From positions 1,409 through 65,408 of the forward strand of contig JAFXHG010000027.1 of assembly GCA_017536505.1 (NCBI GenBank): a DNA stretch of 64,000 nt. The letters are read 5' to 3'. Source of the stretch: Bacilli bacterium (GTDB lineage: Bacteria > Bacillota_I > Bacilli_A > RF39 > UBA660). The position numbers and the translations under genes are program-made. Under the pieces are notes generated by a model. It saw nothing but the letters and a program-made list of their open reading frames with translations, ran no database searches and was not told where the DNA came from. The first letter of the stretch is position 1. Every line of letters starts with the position of its first letter. Shown piece by piece: positions 1-7,967 of the stretch.

Positions 1-293
1 TTCCTATGATAGATGCAAGACGTAATAATGTATTTGCTGGTATTTATGATGATGAATTAAACTGCATAAAAGAAGATAAATTAATTTCAATAGAAGAAAT
101 TAATAAATTAAATAGCGATTATGAATTTGTTTCTTATGATAACATTAATATAGAAGAAGTTATTAAACCTAATATTGATATACTAAAAATAATAAATAAA
201 CATATAAATGACAATGGAACAAATCCACATAATTTAAATCCTAATTATTTAAAGTTAACTGAAGCAGAGGAAAATAAGTTAAAAAATGATTAG
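1..293 (+). CDS. tsaB: TsaB (YeaZ) t6A synthesis protein, C-terminal part; 5' end outside window
   Basis: The frame is open from the window edge. It sits in the canonical tsaB-rimI-tsaD order and overlaps rimI by 8 nt. The assignment rests on context plus a weak sequence impression. Confidence 0.55.
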   Translation, partial: PMIDARRNNVFAGIYDDELNCIKEDKLISIEEINKLNSDYEFVSYDNINIEEVIKPNIDILKIINKHINDNGTNPHNLNPNYLKLTEAEENKLKND

Positions 294-693
294 AGAAATA
301 GAAGAAAAAGATTTTATATTTGTAAATAACTTACTAAATACATTTAATTATAAAATAGATAAAGAATCATTTAATAATGATTTTTTAAAAGTATTAGTAT
401 ATGAAGAAGATTTAATAAAGGGAATATTAGTTTATCAATATCTTTATGATAGAATAGAAATAGATTATATTGTTATTGATAATGAATATAGACAATTAGG
501 TATTGCGACTAAATTGTTAAATTTTATTGAAAATAAATATAAAAATATAAAAAATATAACTTTAGAAGTAAGAGAAAGTAATAAAAAAGCAATAAACTTT
601 TATTTAAAAAATGGATTTAAAGAAGTTACAAAAAGAAAAAATTATTATAAAGATGAAGATGGAATATTAATGATTAAGAATTTAGGTGAGTAG
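286..693 (+). CDS. rimI: GNAT acetyltransferase, ribosomal-protein-alanine N-acetyltransferase RimI-like
   Basis: 135 aa with the GNAT acetyl-CoA motif RQLGIATKLL. It lies between tsaB and tsaD. Confidence 0.7.
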   Translation: MIREIEEKDFIFVNNLLNTFNYKIDKESFNNDFLKVLVYEEDLIKGILVYQYLYDRIEIDYIVIDNEYRQLGIATKLLNFIENKYKNIKNITLEVRESNKKAINFYLKNGFKEVTKRKNYYKDEDGILMIKNLGE

Positions 694-694
694 T

Positions 695-1699
695 ATGAAA
701 GATACTTATATATTAGGTATAGAAAGTAGTTGTGATGAAACTAGTGTTTCAATAGTTAAAAATGGTTGTGAAGAAATAGCTACTGTTATTCTTTCACAAA
801 TGGATACACATTCATCATATGGTGGTGTTGTTCCTGAAATAGCTAGTCGTATGCATGTAGAAAATATAACAATAGTTATTGAAGAATGTTTAAATAAAGC
901 AAAAATGACTATGGATGATATTGATGCGATAGCTGTAACATATGGTCCAGGATTAATTGGTTGTTTACTTATAGGAGTAGGTGCAGCAACCACACTTTCA
1001 TATATATATAATAAACCACTTGTTCCAGTTCATCATATAGCAGGACATATATATGCGAATAATTTAGTAAGTAAAATGGAATTTCCATTAATCGCACTTG
1101 TTGTATCAGGTGGACATACTGATTTAATATATATGGAAGATGATTATAAATTTAAAAAAATTGGTGGAACTTTGGATGATGCAGTTGGTGAATGCTATGA
1201 CAAAGTAGCGCGTGTAATCAATGTACCTTATCCGGGGGGACCACTCGTAGATAAATTATCTTATGAGGGAGAGGATACTTATCCGCTACCTTTACCACTT
1301 GATGATAATTCATATAATTTTAGTTTTAGTGGGATAAAGAGTGCGGTTATAAATTTAGTACACAATGAAACTCAAAGAGGTAATGCTATAAGAAAAGAAG
1401 ATATCGCTTGTTCATTCCAAAATAGAGTAGTAGAAATACTTTCTAAAAAGACTATGAAAGCTTTAAAAGAATATAATGTTAAAAATCTTATAATTGCTGG
1501 TGGTGTATCTGCTAATAGTGGTATTAGAAATAAATTTAAAGAACTATGTGAAAAAGAAGGAATAAACTTAACAATACCGAATATAAGATATTGTACAGAT
1601 AATGCTGCAATGATAGCAGCTGCAGGATATTTTGCTTATAAAAAAGGTATTAGAGCAGACATCGATCTAAAAGCAACCGCAACTACTAGTTTGTTTTAG
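695..1699 (+). CDS. tsaD: tRNA N6-adenosine threonylcarbamoyltransferase TsaD (Kae1/Gcp)
   Basis: GIESSCDETS and HIAGH motifs, about 335 aa. ATG 695 lies 7 nt after AGGTGA. The track ORF starts at GTG 686. Confidence 0.9.
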   Translation: MKDTYILGIESSCDETSVSIVKNGCEEIATVILSQMDTHSSYGGVVPEIASRMHVENITIVIEECLNKAKMTMDDIDAIAVTYGPGLIGCLLIGVGAATTLSYIYNKPLVPVHHIAGHIYANNLVSKMEFPLIALVVSGGHTDLIYMEDDYKFKKIGGTLDDAVGECYDKVARVINVPYPGGPLVDKLSYEGEDTYPLPLPLDDNSYNFSFSGIKSAVINLVHNETQRGNAIRKEDIACSFQNRVVEILSKKTMKALKEYNVKNLIIAGGVSANSGIRNKFKELCEKEGINLTIPNIRYCTDNAAMIAAAGYFAYKKGIRADIDLKATATTSLF

Positions 1700-1708
1700 G
1701 AGAAATAT

Positions 1709-2074
1709 ATGGAAATAAATAGAAATGAAATAGATTTATTAGAACTAATAAAAAAATTAGAACCATCAGAAATAGATAAATTAAATATATTTTTAAGTAA
1801 ACTAAATACAATAGATGATGATAGTAAATTAGAAATATTAAAAAATATTATCTCTTATTCTTTGGTAAAAATTAATAATATGCAAAAAAGTGATGAAGAA
1901 ATAATTTGTGAAATTGATGGACATTCTTTTACGGAATGGGAATCTACGTATTTAAAAAAATATCCAAATGAAAAAGAAGAAGTAATATATTGGAGAAGAA
2001 AATGTACAAGATGCAAGCTTGTAGATGTCTCTAGTATAGATCCAACAGTACAAACACATAATAAAAGCAAATAA
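1709..2074 (+). CDS. hypothetical protein (121 aa, C-terminal CxxC)
   Basis: ORF starts right after a GGAG. No recognisable family. Confidence 0.4.
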   Translation: MEINRNEIDLLELIKKLEPSEIDKLNIFLSKLNTIDDDSKLEILKNIISYSLVKINNMQKSDEEIICEIDGHSFTEWESTYLKKYPNEKEEVIYWRRKCTRCKLVDVSSIDPTVQTHNKSK

Positions 2075-2088
2075 ATATCATAAAAGTA

Positions 2089-2117
2089 TTGACAAATAAA
2101 GGATTTAAAGGTATAAT
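2089..2117 (+). promoter_or_regulatory. sigma-A type promoter of the infC operon
   Basis: TTGACA (2089-2094), a 17-nt spacer, then TATAAT (2112-2117). This is a perfect consensus. Confidence 0.7.
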
Positions 2118-2240
2118 CAATACATATGAAAAAGGAAAGCGATGTATCCACATCCACCCGATTGCTAAAGTGATGGGTAAATGCCGAAGAATGTTTATTT
2201 AGAGGTTTAAGTGGATACTATCAGTATGCACTTTTTTCAT
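2118..2240 (+). promoter_or_regulatory. infC-rpmI-rplT leader with terminator/antiterminator (L20-leader-like attenuator)
   Basis: Hairpin GTGGATAC (2211-2218) / GTATGCAC (2224-2231) followed by T6. The upstream GTATCCAC (2144-2151) is the exact complement of the 5' arm. Confidence 0.5.
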
Positions 2241-2269
2241 GGTATAAGATATTATAGGAGGTGTTTGTT

Positions 2270-2800
2270 ATCGCAAACAAAGAAAAAGATTTGTTTATAA
2301 ATGAACAAATTAGAGCTAAAGAAGTTATGGTTATAGGTCCAAATGGGGAACAATTAGGTATTAAATCCATCAATGATGCTATCACTTTGTCTACCTATGC
2401 AGGTTTTGATCTTGTAATGATCAATCCAAATGGTAATCCACCAGTGTGTAAGGTAATGGATTACAACAAATTTAAATATCAAAATAAGAAAAAACAAAAA
2501 GAAAATATTAAAAAACAAAGAGAAGCAAATTTAGAGATGAAAGAATATCGTTTATCAGTTTCAATTGATATACACGATTTTAATACGAGAGTAAATAACT
2601 CTAGTAAGTACTTACAAAAAGGACATAGAGTTAAAGCATCTATTCGTTTTAAAGGTCGTGAAATGGCTCATACTGAATTAGGTCGTGATGTATTAATAAG
2701 ATTTGCAGAAGCGCTTAATGAAGTTGCTGATATTGAACAAAAACCAGTTTTGGAAGGTAGAAACATGACAATGATACTTATGCCAAAGAAAGAAAAATAG
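2270..2800 (+). CDS. infC: translation initiation factor IF-3; probable non-AUG (AUC) start
   Basis: INEQIRAKEV...GPNGEQLG and the C-terminal domain are typical of IF-3. The track start GTG 2261 directly abuts GGAGG (2256-2260). AUC 2270 has 9-nt spacing. Confidence 0.85.
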   Translation: MANKEKDLFINEQIRAKEVMVIGPNGEQLGIKSINDAITLSTYAGFDLVMINPNGNPPVCKVMDYNKFKYQNKKKQKENIKKQREANLEMKEYRLSVSIDIHDFNTRVNNSSKYLQKGHRVKASIRFKGREMAHTELGRDVLIRFAEALNEVADIEQKPVLEGRNMTMILMPKKEK

Positions 2801-2810
2801 GAGGAATATT

Positions 2811-2999
2811 ATGCCAAAAATTAAAACACATAAAGGAACTGCAAAAGTTTTAAACAAAAGAAAAAATGACGTTAAAATAGGTCATCCAGGAACAAGACAT
2901 AATACTGGAAAGAAAAACGCTGCTTCAAATAGAAGTGGAAGATGTGCATCAAGTTTAAGTAAAGCAGATGCAAACAGATTTAAAAAAGTACAATTTTAA
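2811..2999 (+). CDS. rpmI: 50S ribosomal protein L35
   Basis: MPKIKTHKGTAK N-terminus, 62 aa, located between infC and rplT. Confidence 0.9.
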   Translation: MPKIKTHKGTAKVLNKRKNDVKIGHPGTRHNTGKKNAASNRSGRCASSLSKADANRFKKVQF

Positions 3000-3018
3000 T
3001 TAAGAAGGAGGAAACAAA

Positions 3019-3567
3019 ATGGCAAGAGTTAAAGGAAGTAACATACATAAAAATAGAAGAAAAAAAATATTAAAATTAGCTAGAGGTTATTTTGGAAGTA
3101 AACATAAACTTTATAAAACAGCTAAAGAACAAGTTATGCATTCATTAAAATATGCATATAGAGATAGAAAACAAAACAAAAGAGAAATGAGAAAATTATG
3201 GATAACAAGAATTAATGCTGCATGTCGTATGAACGATATTAGTTATTCTAAATTCATTTCTGGATTAAATAAAGCAGAAGTTGCTATCAATAGAAAAATG
3301 TTAAGTGAAATAGCTATCGATGATGCAGCTGCATTTACTAACTTAGTTAACATAGCTAAAGCTGCTTTAGAAGGAAAAACTATTAAACAAGAAGTTAAAG
3401 CTCCAAAAGCAGAAAAAACTGTAGCTAAAAAAGAAACTGCTAAAAAAGAAGTTAAAGAAGATTTATCTAAATTAACAGTAGCTGAATTAAAAGCTTTAGC
3501 TAAAGAAAAAAATGTAGAAGGATATTCTACAATGAAAAAAGCTGAATTATTAGAAGCTTTAAAATAA
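3019..3567 (+). CDS. rplT: 50S ribosomal protein L20 with about 64-aa C-terminal extension (Lys/Ala/Glu linker plus Rho_N/SAP-like helix pair)
   Basis: [29 protein letters not shown]...WITRINAA is canonical L20. The extra tail is ...[34 protein letters not shown]. Confidence 0.9.
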   Translation: MARVKGSNIHKNRRKKILKLARGYFGSKHKLYKTAKEQVMHSLKYAYRDRKQNKREMRKLWITRINAACRMNDISYSKFISGLNKAEVAINRKMLSEIAIDDAAAFTNLVNIAKAALEGKTIKQEVKAPKAEKTVAKKETAKKEVKEDLSKLTVAELKALAKEKNVEGYSTMKKAELLEALK

Positions 3568-3592
3568 AAAACAAGCCTTATGGCTTTTTTTG
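3566..3592 (+). terminator. intrinsic terminator after rplT
   Basis: AAGCC-TTAT-GGCTT stem-loop followed by a T-run. Confidence 0.6.
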
Positions 3593-3598
3593 TTGAAT

Positions 3599-3626
3599 TT
3601 GACTTTTTACAAAAAAGTGATATACT
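3599..3626 (+). promoter_or_regulatory. promoter of the Fic-like gene
   Basis: TTGACT (3599-3604), a 16-nt spacer ending in TGA, then TATACT (3621-3626). This is extended -10-like. Confidence 0.45.
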
Positions 3627-3649
3627 ATTTCCCAATAAGAGGGGATATT

Positions 3650-4486
3650 ATGGATAAATTAGTAGGAAATATTAGAAATATAAAGATTTATGATAATAGT
3701 ATGTTCCATATTGAAGATGTATTAAAAAAATATGAAGAATATTTAAAAACATTAATACAATTGGAACCAAATAAATTAAAAAACTTTATAAAACATTTAA
3801 AAAATAGAGAAATTATAAATAATCAAGAAACTGAAATGGAAGAAAGTTTTATGCTTGAACTTTTTAAGTTGTCACAAAGAAAAGATTCAATCGATATAAC
3901 AATGAAAGCATTTGAAGATGACTCTATAACTATAGATGAAATAAAAAAAATTCATAGAGTAGTAATAAAAGGAAGTTCAGATGACTTAGAATCAAACTAT
4001 GACTTAAGAAGTGATAATAAAAAATGGGTTGGACATTATGGGACTAATGGTGTACAAAGAATAGATTATATTCCACCAGATTTTAATGAGATAGAAGAAT
4101 TATTATCAGAAGTATTATCTTATTTAAATGAACAAGATAATACTAACTTTATAAATATATTTATAAAGCCTTTAATAGCTCATGCTGCAATTGCATATAT
4201 ACAACCTTTTGGTAATGGTAATACAAGATTAGCACGTGTTTTACAACACTGTAAGATATGTAATAGTACAAATAAAATGTTTAATACAGATTTTACTCAT
4301 CCTACTATATATTTATCAAGAAACTATTTGTTGTCGAGAGGTCAATATAGGGGATTTATAACAAATATTGCAATAAATAAAGATGATAATGCTTGGAATA
4401 AGTGGTTTGAGTATAATTTAAATATGCTTGATGAACAATTATATTTCTTAGATACTCAGTTAAAAAATTATAGAAATTATAAATAA
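3650..4486 (+). CDS. Fic/DOC family protein with degenerate active-site motif
   Basis: The Fic core region reads AAIAYIQPFGNGNTRLARV, versus consensus HPFx[DE]GNGRxxR. ATG 3650 follows AGAGGGG. The track start 3590 lies inside the rplT terminator. Confidence 0.7.
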   Translation: MDKLVGNIRNIKIYDNSMFHIEDVLKKYEEYLKTLIQLEPNKLKNFIKHLKNREIINNQETEMEESFMLELFKLSQRKDSIDITMKAFEDDSITIDEIKKIHRVVIKGSSDDLESNYDLRSDNKKWVGHYGTNGVQRIDYIPPDFNEIEELLSEVLSYLNEQDNTNFINIFIKPLIAHAAIAYIQPFGNGNTRLARVLQHCKICNSTNKMFNTDFTHPTIYLSRNYLLSRGQYRGFITNIAINKDDNAWNKWFEYNLNMLDEQLYFLDTQLKNYRNYK

Positions 4487-4574
4487 AAGATTATTAAATT
4501 TTAATAATCTTTTATTTTATTTGAAAAAAAATAATAATCATGTTATACTTATTAAGTATGATAGAGGTGGTAAT

Positions 4575-4883
4575 ATGTATATAGATGCAATAGTAGTAGT
4601 TGCTTTAATTATAGTTGCTTTTTGTTGGTTTAGAAGAATTTCTAAAACTGTTTATGCTGTAGCTATAATAGATATATTTTTAAGACTTTTAAATTATATA
4701 TCAGCAAACATAGGAATAAAAGGTTTTCATAAATGGGTAAGTGCTGTATTTCCTGCATCACTTCCAGATTTACTTGATAACTATATGAGTGGAGTTGTAT
4801 TAACTGTATTTGTTTGGATATATGTAGGTTTAATGGTAATTTTCTTATTCTATATAGTAAGAGCATTCCTAAGAAAAAAATAG
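4575..4883 (+). CDS. small membrane protein (3 predicted TM segments)
   Basis: ATG 4575 follows AGAGGTGG. The sequence is hydrophobic with no recognisable family. Confidence 0.45.
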   Translation: MYIDAIVVVALIIVAFCWFRRISKTVYAVAIIDIFLRLLNYISANIGIKGFHKWVSAVFPASLPDLLDNYMSGVVLTVFVWIYVGLMVIFLFYIVRAFLRKK

Positions 4884-4933
4884 TTGACAAAATAAAATTA
4901 TAATATTAAAATTAAATTGTAAATAAAAATTTA

Positions 4934-5029
4934 CCTTATTAAGAGTGATGGAGGGAAAGGCCCTGTGAAGTCCGGCAACCTATTTAAGTTAGGTGCTAAA
5001 TCCTGCGATGTTTATATCGAAAAATAAGG
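4934..5029 (+). promoter_or_regulatory. SAM-I (S-box) riboswitch aptamer upstream of metK
   Basis: P1 pairs CCTTATT (4934-4940) with AATAAGG (5023-5029). Conserved core: AAGAGTGATGGAGGGAAAGGCCCTGTGAAGTCCGGCAACC...GGTGCTAAATCCTGC. Confidence 0.9.
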
Positions 5030-5035
5030 ATAATC

Positions 5036-5070
5036 AGTACATAGATTATTCTATGTACTTTTCTTTTTAA
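5036..5070 (+). terminator. riboswitch expression-platform terminator
   Basis: AGTACATAG-ATTATT-CTATGTACT stem-loop followed by TTTTCTTTTT. Confidence 0.75.
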
Positions 5071-5091
5071 GGTAATAAAAGGAGGAGTATT

Positions 5092-6237
5092 ATGAAAAAA
5101 TTATTTACATCTGAATCAGTCACACCAGGACATCCTGATAAATTATGTGATCAAATATCTGATAATATATTAGATGCATATTTGAGTGGTGATCCAAATT
5201 CTAGAGTAGCATGTGAAGTATGTGCTCATAAAAATGGAGTAGTTGTAATGGGAGAAATTACAAGTAATGCTAATGTTGATATAGAAAAAATTGTTAGAGA
5301 TACTATAATTAATATTGGATATGATAATGATGAATTAGGATTTAATGGAAATAATGTTAATATTGATATAAATATTAATAAACAGTCTAGTGATATTGCT
5401 ATGGGAGTAGATAATTCAATAGATTCTAATGATATAGGAGCAGGAGATCAAGGTATGATGTTTGGGTATGCGACTAATGAAACAGATGAGTTTATGCCTT
5501 ATCCAATACATATGGCTAATTTACTATCTAAACGCCTTACACAAGTTTTTAAAGATAAAACAATCAAATGCTTAAGACCTGATGGAAAAACTCAAGTAAC
5601 AGTGTTTTATGAGGAAAATAAGCCTAAATACATAGATACTATAGTTATATCCGCACAACATGATGAAATAGATTTAAATATATTAAAGAATGATATAAAA
5701 AAATATGTTATTGATGAAGTAATACCAAAAAATATGATAAATAAAAATACAAAAATATATATAAATCCTACAGGAAGATTTGTAATAGGGGGTCCTGTTG
5801 GAGATAGTGGTCTTACTGGTAGGAAGATAATAGTAGATACATATGGAGGTACTTGTAGTCATGGTGGAGGAGCATTCTCAGGAAAAGATCCATCTAAAGT
5901 AGATAGAAGTGGCGCTTATTATGCTAGATATGTTGCTAAAAACATAGTTGCTGCTAACCTTTGTGAAAGAATAGAAATACAAGTATCATATGCAATAGGA
6001 GTATCTAAACCAGTATCTTTATATATAAACACATTTAATACAAATAAAATATCAGAAGAAAAAATATTAGAAATAATAAATAAAGTATTTAATTTTGAAC
6101 CTTCTAATATAATTAAAGAATTAAATTTAAAAAGTCCAATATATCATTTAACCACTTGTTTCGGGCATTTTGGTAAAAAAGAATTACCATGGGAAAAATT
6201 AGATAAGGTAAATGAAATAAAATCATTAAAAGACTAG
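5092..6237 (+). CDS. metK: S-adenosylmethionine synthetase
   Basis: [18 protein letters not shown] and [10 protein letters not shown] motifs, 381 aa, strong AGGAGG RBS. Confidence 0.95.
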   Translation: MKKLFTSESVTPGHPDKLCDQISDNILDAYLSGDPNSRVACEVCAHKNGVVVMGEITSNANVDIEKIVRDTIINIGYDNDELGFNGNNVNIDININKQSSDIAMGVDNSIDSNDIGAGDQGMMFGYATNETDEFMPYPIHMANLLSKRLTQVFKDKTIKCLRPDGKTQVTVFYEENKPKYIDTIVISAQHDEIDLNILKNDIKKYVIDEVIPKNMINKNTKIYINPTGRFVIGGPVGDSGLTGRKIIVDTYGGTCSHGGGAFSGKDPSKVDRSGAYYARYVAKNIVAANLCERIEIQVSYAIGVSKPVSLYINTFNTNKISEEKILEIINKVFNFEPSNIIKELNLKSPIYHLTTCFGHFGKKELPWEKLDKVNEIKSLKD

Positions 6238-6255
6238 AAATACTAGTCTTTTTTA
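6231..6255 (+). terminator. intrinsic terminator after metK
   Basis: AGACTAG-AAATA-CTAGTCT stem-loop followed by T6. Confidence 0.7.
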
Positions 6256-6280
6256 TGTTAAAATGTATGTAGGTGGTAAT

Positions 6281-7309
6281 ATGAATTATATAGGATCAAA
6301 ATTTTCAATATTAAGTTATATAGATGAAGTAGTAGAAGATTTTACTGAACCTAAAAAAAATATAACATTTTGTGATATATTTTCAGGAACAGGAGTAGTT
6401 TCTAAATATTTTAAAGAAAAAGGATATAATATAATTTCAAATGATATTCAATATTTTAGTTATGCTACTTTAAAAGGATTAGTTGAAAATAGTGAAGAAT
6501 TAAAGTTTGAAAAATTAACTAAAAAAAGAATAGATCCTTTTGTATGTTTGAATGGACTTAATGGTAAAAAAGGATTTATTTATAAAAACTATTCATTAGG
6601 TGGTACTAAAAGATGTGAATTTAAAAGGCAATATTTTAGTGATGAAAATGCAAAAAAAATAGATGCTGTTAGAATTAAAATAGAAAAATGGAAGAATAAG
6701 AAATTAATTACTGATAATGAATATTTCTATTTACTTGCTTGTTTAATAGAAGCAGCTGATAAAGTAGCAAACACAGCTTCTGTTTATGAAGCATTCTTAA
6801 AAGATTTAAAGAAAAGTGCACAAAAACCTATTGTTATAAATCCATTAGAATTAATATTTAAAAACAAAAAATATGAAGTTTATAATAAGGATTCAAAAGA
6901 TTTAATTAAAGAAATAAAAGGAGATATACTATATTTAGATCCTCCATACAATACAAGAAAATATGACACTAATTATCATATCTTAGAAACAATAGCGCTA
7001 TATGATAACCCTAAAATAAAAGGGAAAACAGGTGTTAGAGTAGAAGAAACTAAAAAATCTAATTATTGTGTTAAAAATAAGGCTGCTATAGAACTAGAAG
7101 AATTAATAAAGAATGCTAAATTTAAATATATATTACTTAGTTATAATGATGAAGGAATAATACCAATAGAAGAAATAGAAACTATAATGAAAAAATATGG
7201 TAATTATAAAAGATATGAAAAAAGACACAAAAGATTTAAATCTGATAATGATAGAGAATATAAAAAGAACTATACTATTGAATATATTCACTGTTTAGAA
7301 AAGATTTAA
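6281..7309 (+). CDS. N6-adenine DNA methyltransferase, Dam/D12-class (alpha order), no adjacent endonuclease
   Basis: YIGSKFS N-terminus, motif I FCDIFSGTGVVS (FxGxG) and motif IV LYLDPPYNT (DPPY). ATG 6281 follows AGGTGG. Confidence 0.75.
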   Translation: MNYIGSKFSILSYIDEVVEDFTEPKKNITFCDIFSGTGVVSKYFKEKGYNIISNDIQYFSYATLKGLVENSEELKFEKLTKKRIDPFVCLNGLNGKKGFIYKNYSLGGTKRCEFKRQYFSDENAKKIDAVRIKIEKWKNKKLITDNEYFYLLACLIEAADKVANTASVYEAFLKDLKKSAQKPIVINPLELIFKNKKYEVYNKDSKDLIKEIKGDILYLDPPYNTRKYDTNYHILETIALYDNPKIKGKTGVRVEETKKSNYCVKNKAAIELEELIKNAKFKYILLSYNDEGIIPIEEIETIMKKYGNYKRYEKRHKRFKSDNDREYKKNYTIEYIHCLEKI

Positions 7310-7364
7310 ATCTTTTTATCTTGTAATTTTATTACTTTTATGTTATATTTAAAGTGGTGATGGT

Positions 7365-7691
7365 ATGAGTAGAAAACAAGATGCAGTAGATTTAATGAAA
7401 AAAGTTATGTCTGGGGAAAGTTACATGACATATAAAGAGATCGCACAAATTACTGGATATCATGAAAAATATTTACTTAAATTAAAAAAAGATTTAGAAC
7501 AAGGTAATATTAGTTTTGTACATGGTAATACTAATAGAAAACCAGTTAATACGATAACAGAAGAGGAAAAACAATATATTATAAATTTATATAAAAGAAG
7601 TAATACTACAATAAGAAAATTTTGTAAGTTTTATGCTAAAAGAAGTTATTCTTGTATCTGGCATGTTTTAAAAGAAGCAGGGTTAATATAA
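7365..7691 (+). CDS. helix-turn-helix protein resembling the N-terminal DNA-binding part of a transposase (no catalytic domain)
   Basis: 108 aa. The ...YKEIAQITGYHEKYLLKLKK...HGNTNRKPVN pattern resembles transposase HTH leaders. No DDE region follows. Confidence 0.35.
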   Translation: MSRKQDAVDLMKKVMSGESYMTYKEIAQITGYHEKYLLKLKKDLEQGNISFVHGNTNRKPVNTITEEEKQYIINLYKRSNTTIRKFCKFYAKRSYSCIWHVLKEAGLI

Positions 7692-7736
7692 TAACCTGTT
7701 TTTTTTATTTTCATATAATAATCTAGAGGTGTATCT

Positions 7737-7967
7737 ATGTATTTAAATAATATTAAAAACAATGGATATTATACTGTAGATAAAATTAAATTAGATGAAA
7801 AAAATAAAAGAAGGTTATATGATATAGGACTAGTTAAAGATACTAAAATAAAATTATTATTTAGTAGTCCTTCAAAAAAAATAAAAGCTTATTTAATTAG
7901 AGATTCTATAATAGCTATAAGAAATAATGATGCATCTAAAATAGAGGTGAAAAAACTTAATGATTAA
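7737..7967 (+). CDS. feoA: ferrous iron transport protein A
   Basis: 76-aa small protein that overlaps feoB by 8 nt. RRLYDIGLVKDTKI is FeoA-like. Confidence 0.75.
   Translation: MYLNNIKNNGYYTVDKIKLDEKNKRRLYDIGLVKDTKIKLLFSSPSKKIKAYLIRDSIIAIRNNDASKIEVKKLND

Noticed and set aside
706-993. Antisense ORFs inside conserved genes (706-993, 1855-2157, 3243-3635, 8922-9176, 16161-16460, 26881-27138, 47314-47673, 51460-51645, 52246-52506, 56597-56839)
   Set aside because: Each lies fully within, and opposite to, a gene with strong family motifs. None has an RBS, and their low-complexity compositions are typical of AT-rich antisense frames.
3590-3649. Long N-terminal extensions in track ORFs (3590, 4521, 6263, 12221, 13693, 22767, 39254, 44165, 46697, 52049, 55351, 59408, 63283)
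   Set aside because: In each case an internal ATG with a properly spaced GGAGG-type RBS gives the family-typical N-terminus. The upstream extension overlaps terminators or promoters. Starts were moved accordingly but remain predictions.
4663-4890. Other shadow ORFs (4663-4890, 10055-10351, 20950-21198, 24959-25231, 36173-36361, 40956-41138, 44484-44759, 44823-45041, 63638-63832)
   Set aside because: They are opposite-strand overlaps of better-supported ORFs. They look like chance open frames in AT-rich DNA.
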